In this document: positions 63,111-64,000 of the stretch, piece after piece
Position numbering within the stretch: the first letter of the stretch is position 1
How the letters are laid out: each line of letters begins with the position of its first letter
DNA from: Eledone cirrhosa
Taxonomy: Eukaryota
Assembly: GCA_964016885.1 (NCBI GenBank)
Contig: OZ024743.1
Location: forward strand, 169,818,001-169,882,000
Direction: 5' to 3'
Length of the DNA: 64,000 bases
Position numbers and translations under genes: made by a program
The notes under the pieces: model-generated
What the model was told of the DNA's origin: nothing
The model's input: the letters and a program-made list of their open reading frames with translations, nothing else
Databases searched by the model: none

Positions 63111-63854
63111 ATACACACAATGGGCTTTCTTACAGTTTCTGTCAACTGAATTTCACTAACAAGGCGATAGTGGAATACAGTTGTTGAAGGTTTCACAAAG
63201 TGGGATTTGAATTTGAAACTATGTGGCTGCAAAGATAAATTCTAAACCACACAGCCATACCTGCACTGATGTCTAAAAGACATCCATGGAAGGAATAGTT
63301 TTGATCATAGATTTGTTGTTTCAGGGCTGAACAATAACAACAACAACATGCCATTCCAGTTTTGATCATAAACAACAGCAGCAACTATACACACCGCTTT
63401 AGCTAACAACAATCATTTTATGATATTGCATCTAATGTAGTTAACGTTAACAAGAGACACACCCCTCGTTATTGGAACCTGAGACATTGACAAATGGAGA
63501 ATGAAGGGGACAGAAGTGATGGATGTGTTTCAGTTATTTGGTACTGAGATCCAACACCAAGCTAGATTATTATTTTTATTGAACATTAACACAGACAACT
63601 TTTATTACATGTTTTCCACTCATGCAAGTGGGTGTCAACAGGACATCAAAGCTATCCCCACTAGCTATGAAGACAAAACTTTCCACAATATCCTAGCTGT
63701 GCCTAGCAAAGCTGTTTTCTTTTTTTAATGACTTCCACCTGCATTTTCACTCCCATTCGACAGTCTACCCAACCATCTGAAACAACACTCAGGCACACAA
63801 GAATTAGTACAACAGTGTGGTATTTGTCATCCATTATTCCCTCTACATTCTTCA

Positions 63855-64000
63855 ATTCAAATTCCACCAATGTTAGCTTTGCCTTTCATCCTTACAGGAT
63901 CAATAAAATAAAGCACCAGTAATGCACTGGGGTCAATGAAATCAACTTTTTCCTCCCTACAAATTGTTGGCTTGTGCCTAAATCAGAAACCATTATTATT
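63855..64000 (+). mobile_element. tRNA-derived SINE 3' half (older subfamily)
   Basis: ttagctttgcctttcatccttacaggatcaataaaataaagcaccag..gtgcctaaatcagaaaccattatt, as at 56220-56305. Confidence 0.8.

Overview
This is an AT-rich, microsatellite-rich metazoan window made almost entirely of transposable elements. The SINE and LINE content suggests an octopod cephalopod, which is an inference. No host protein-coding gene could be confidently identified. Retroelements recognised: decayed CRE-clade and R4/Dong-clade LINEs; several RTE-type LINEs with an internal PHD-like Cys/His finger; an RTE/BovB-type RT with three C-terminal C2H2 fingers; a CR1 fragment; four Penelope-like element (PLE) bodies; and two tRNA-derived SINE families. 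DNA elements recognised: a Helitron/Helentron-type Rep-Pif1 gene of about 1600 codons, a hATm-like transposon with an 8-bp TSD, a Tip100/ZMYM1-like hAT, a mariner relic and non-autonomous Helitron pieces. The most striking structure is a unit of about 10.2 kb (12109-22360) that contains the Helitron Rep-helicase gene. It sits between (TA)n tracts and is bounded by 84-bp inverted arms with one mismatch that belong to a minimal hammerhead-ribozyme, PLE-pLTR-like motif. This is the same architecture as the genuine PLEs next to it. At least six distinct hammerhead-like motif families occur in the window, several as short fold-back insertions that invert at or beside the ribozyme core. All calls come from reading the sequence by eye; no searches or folding were run.
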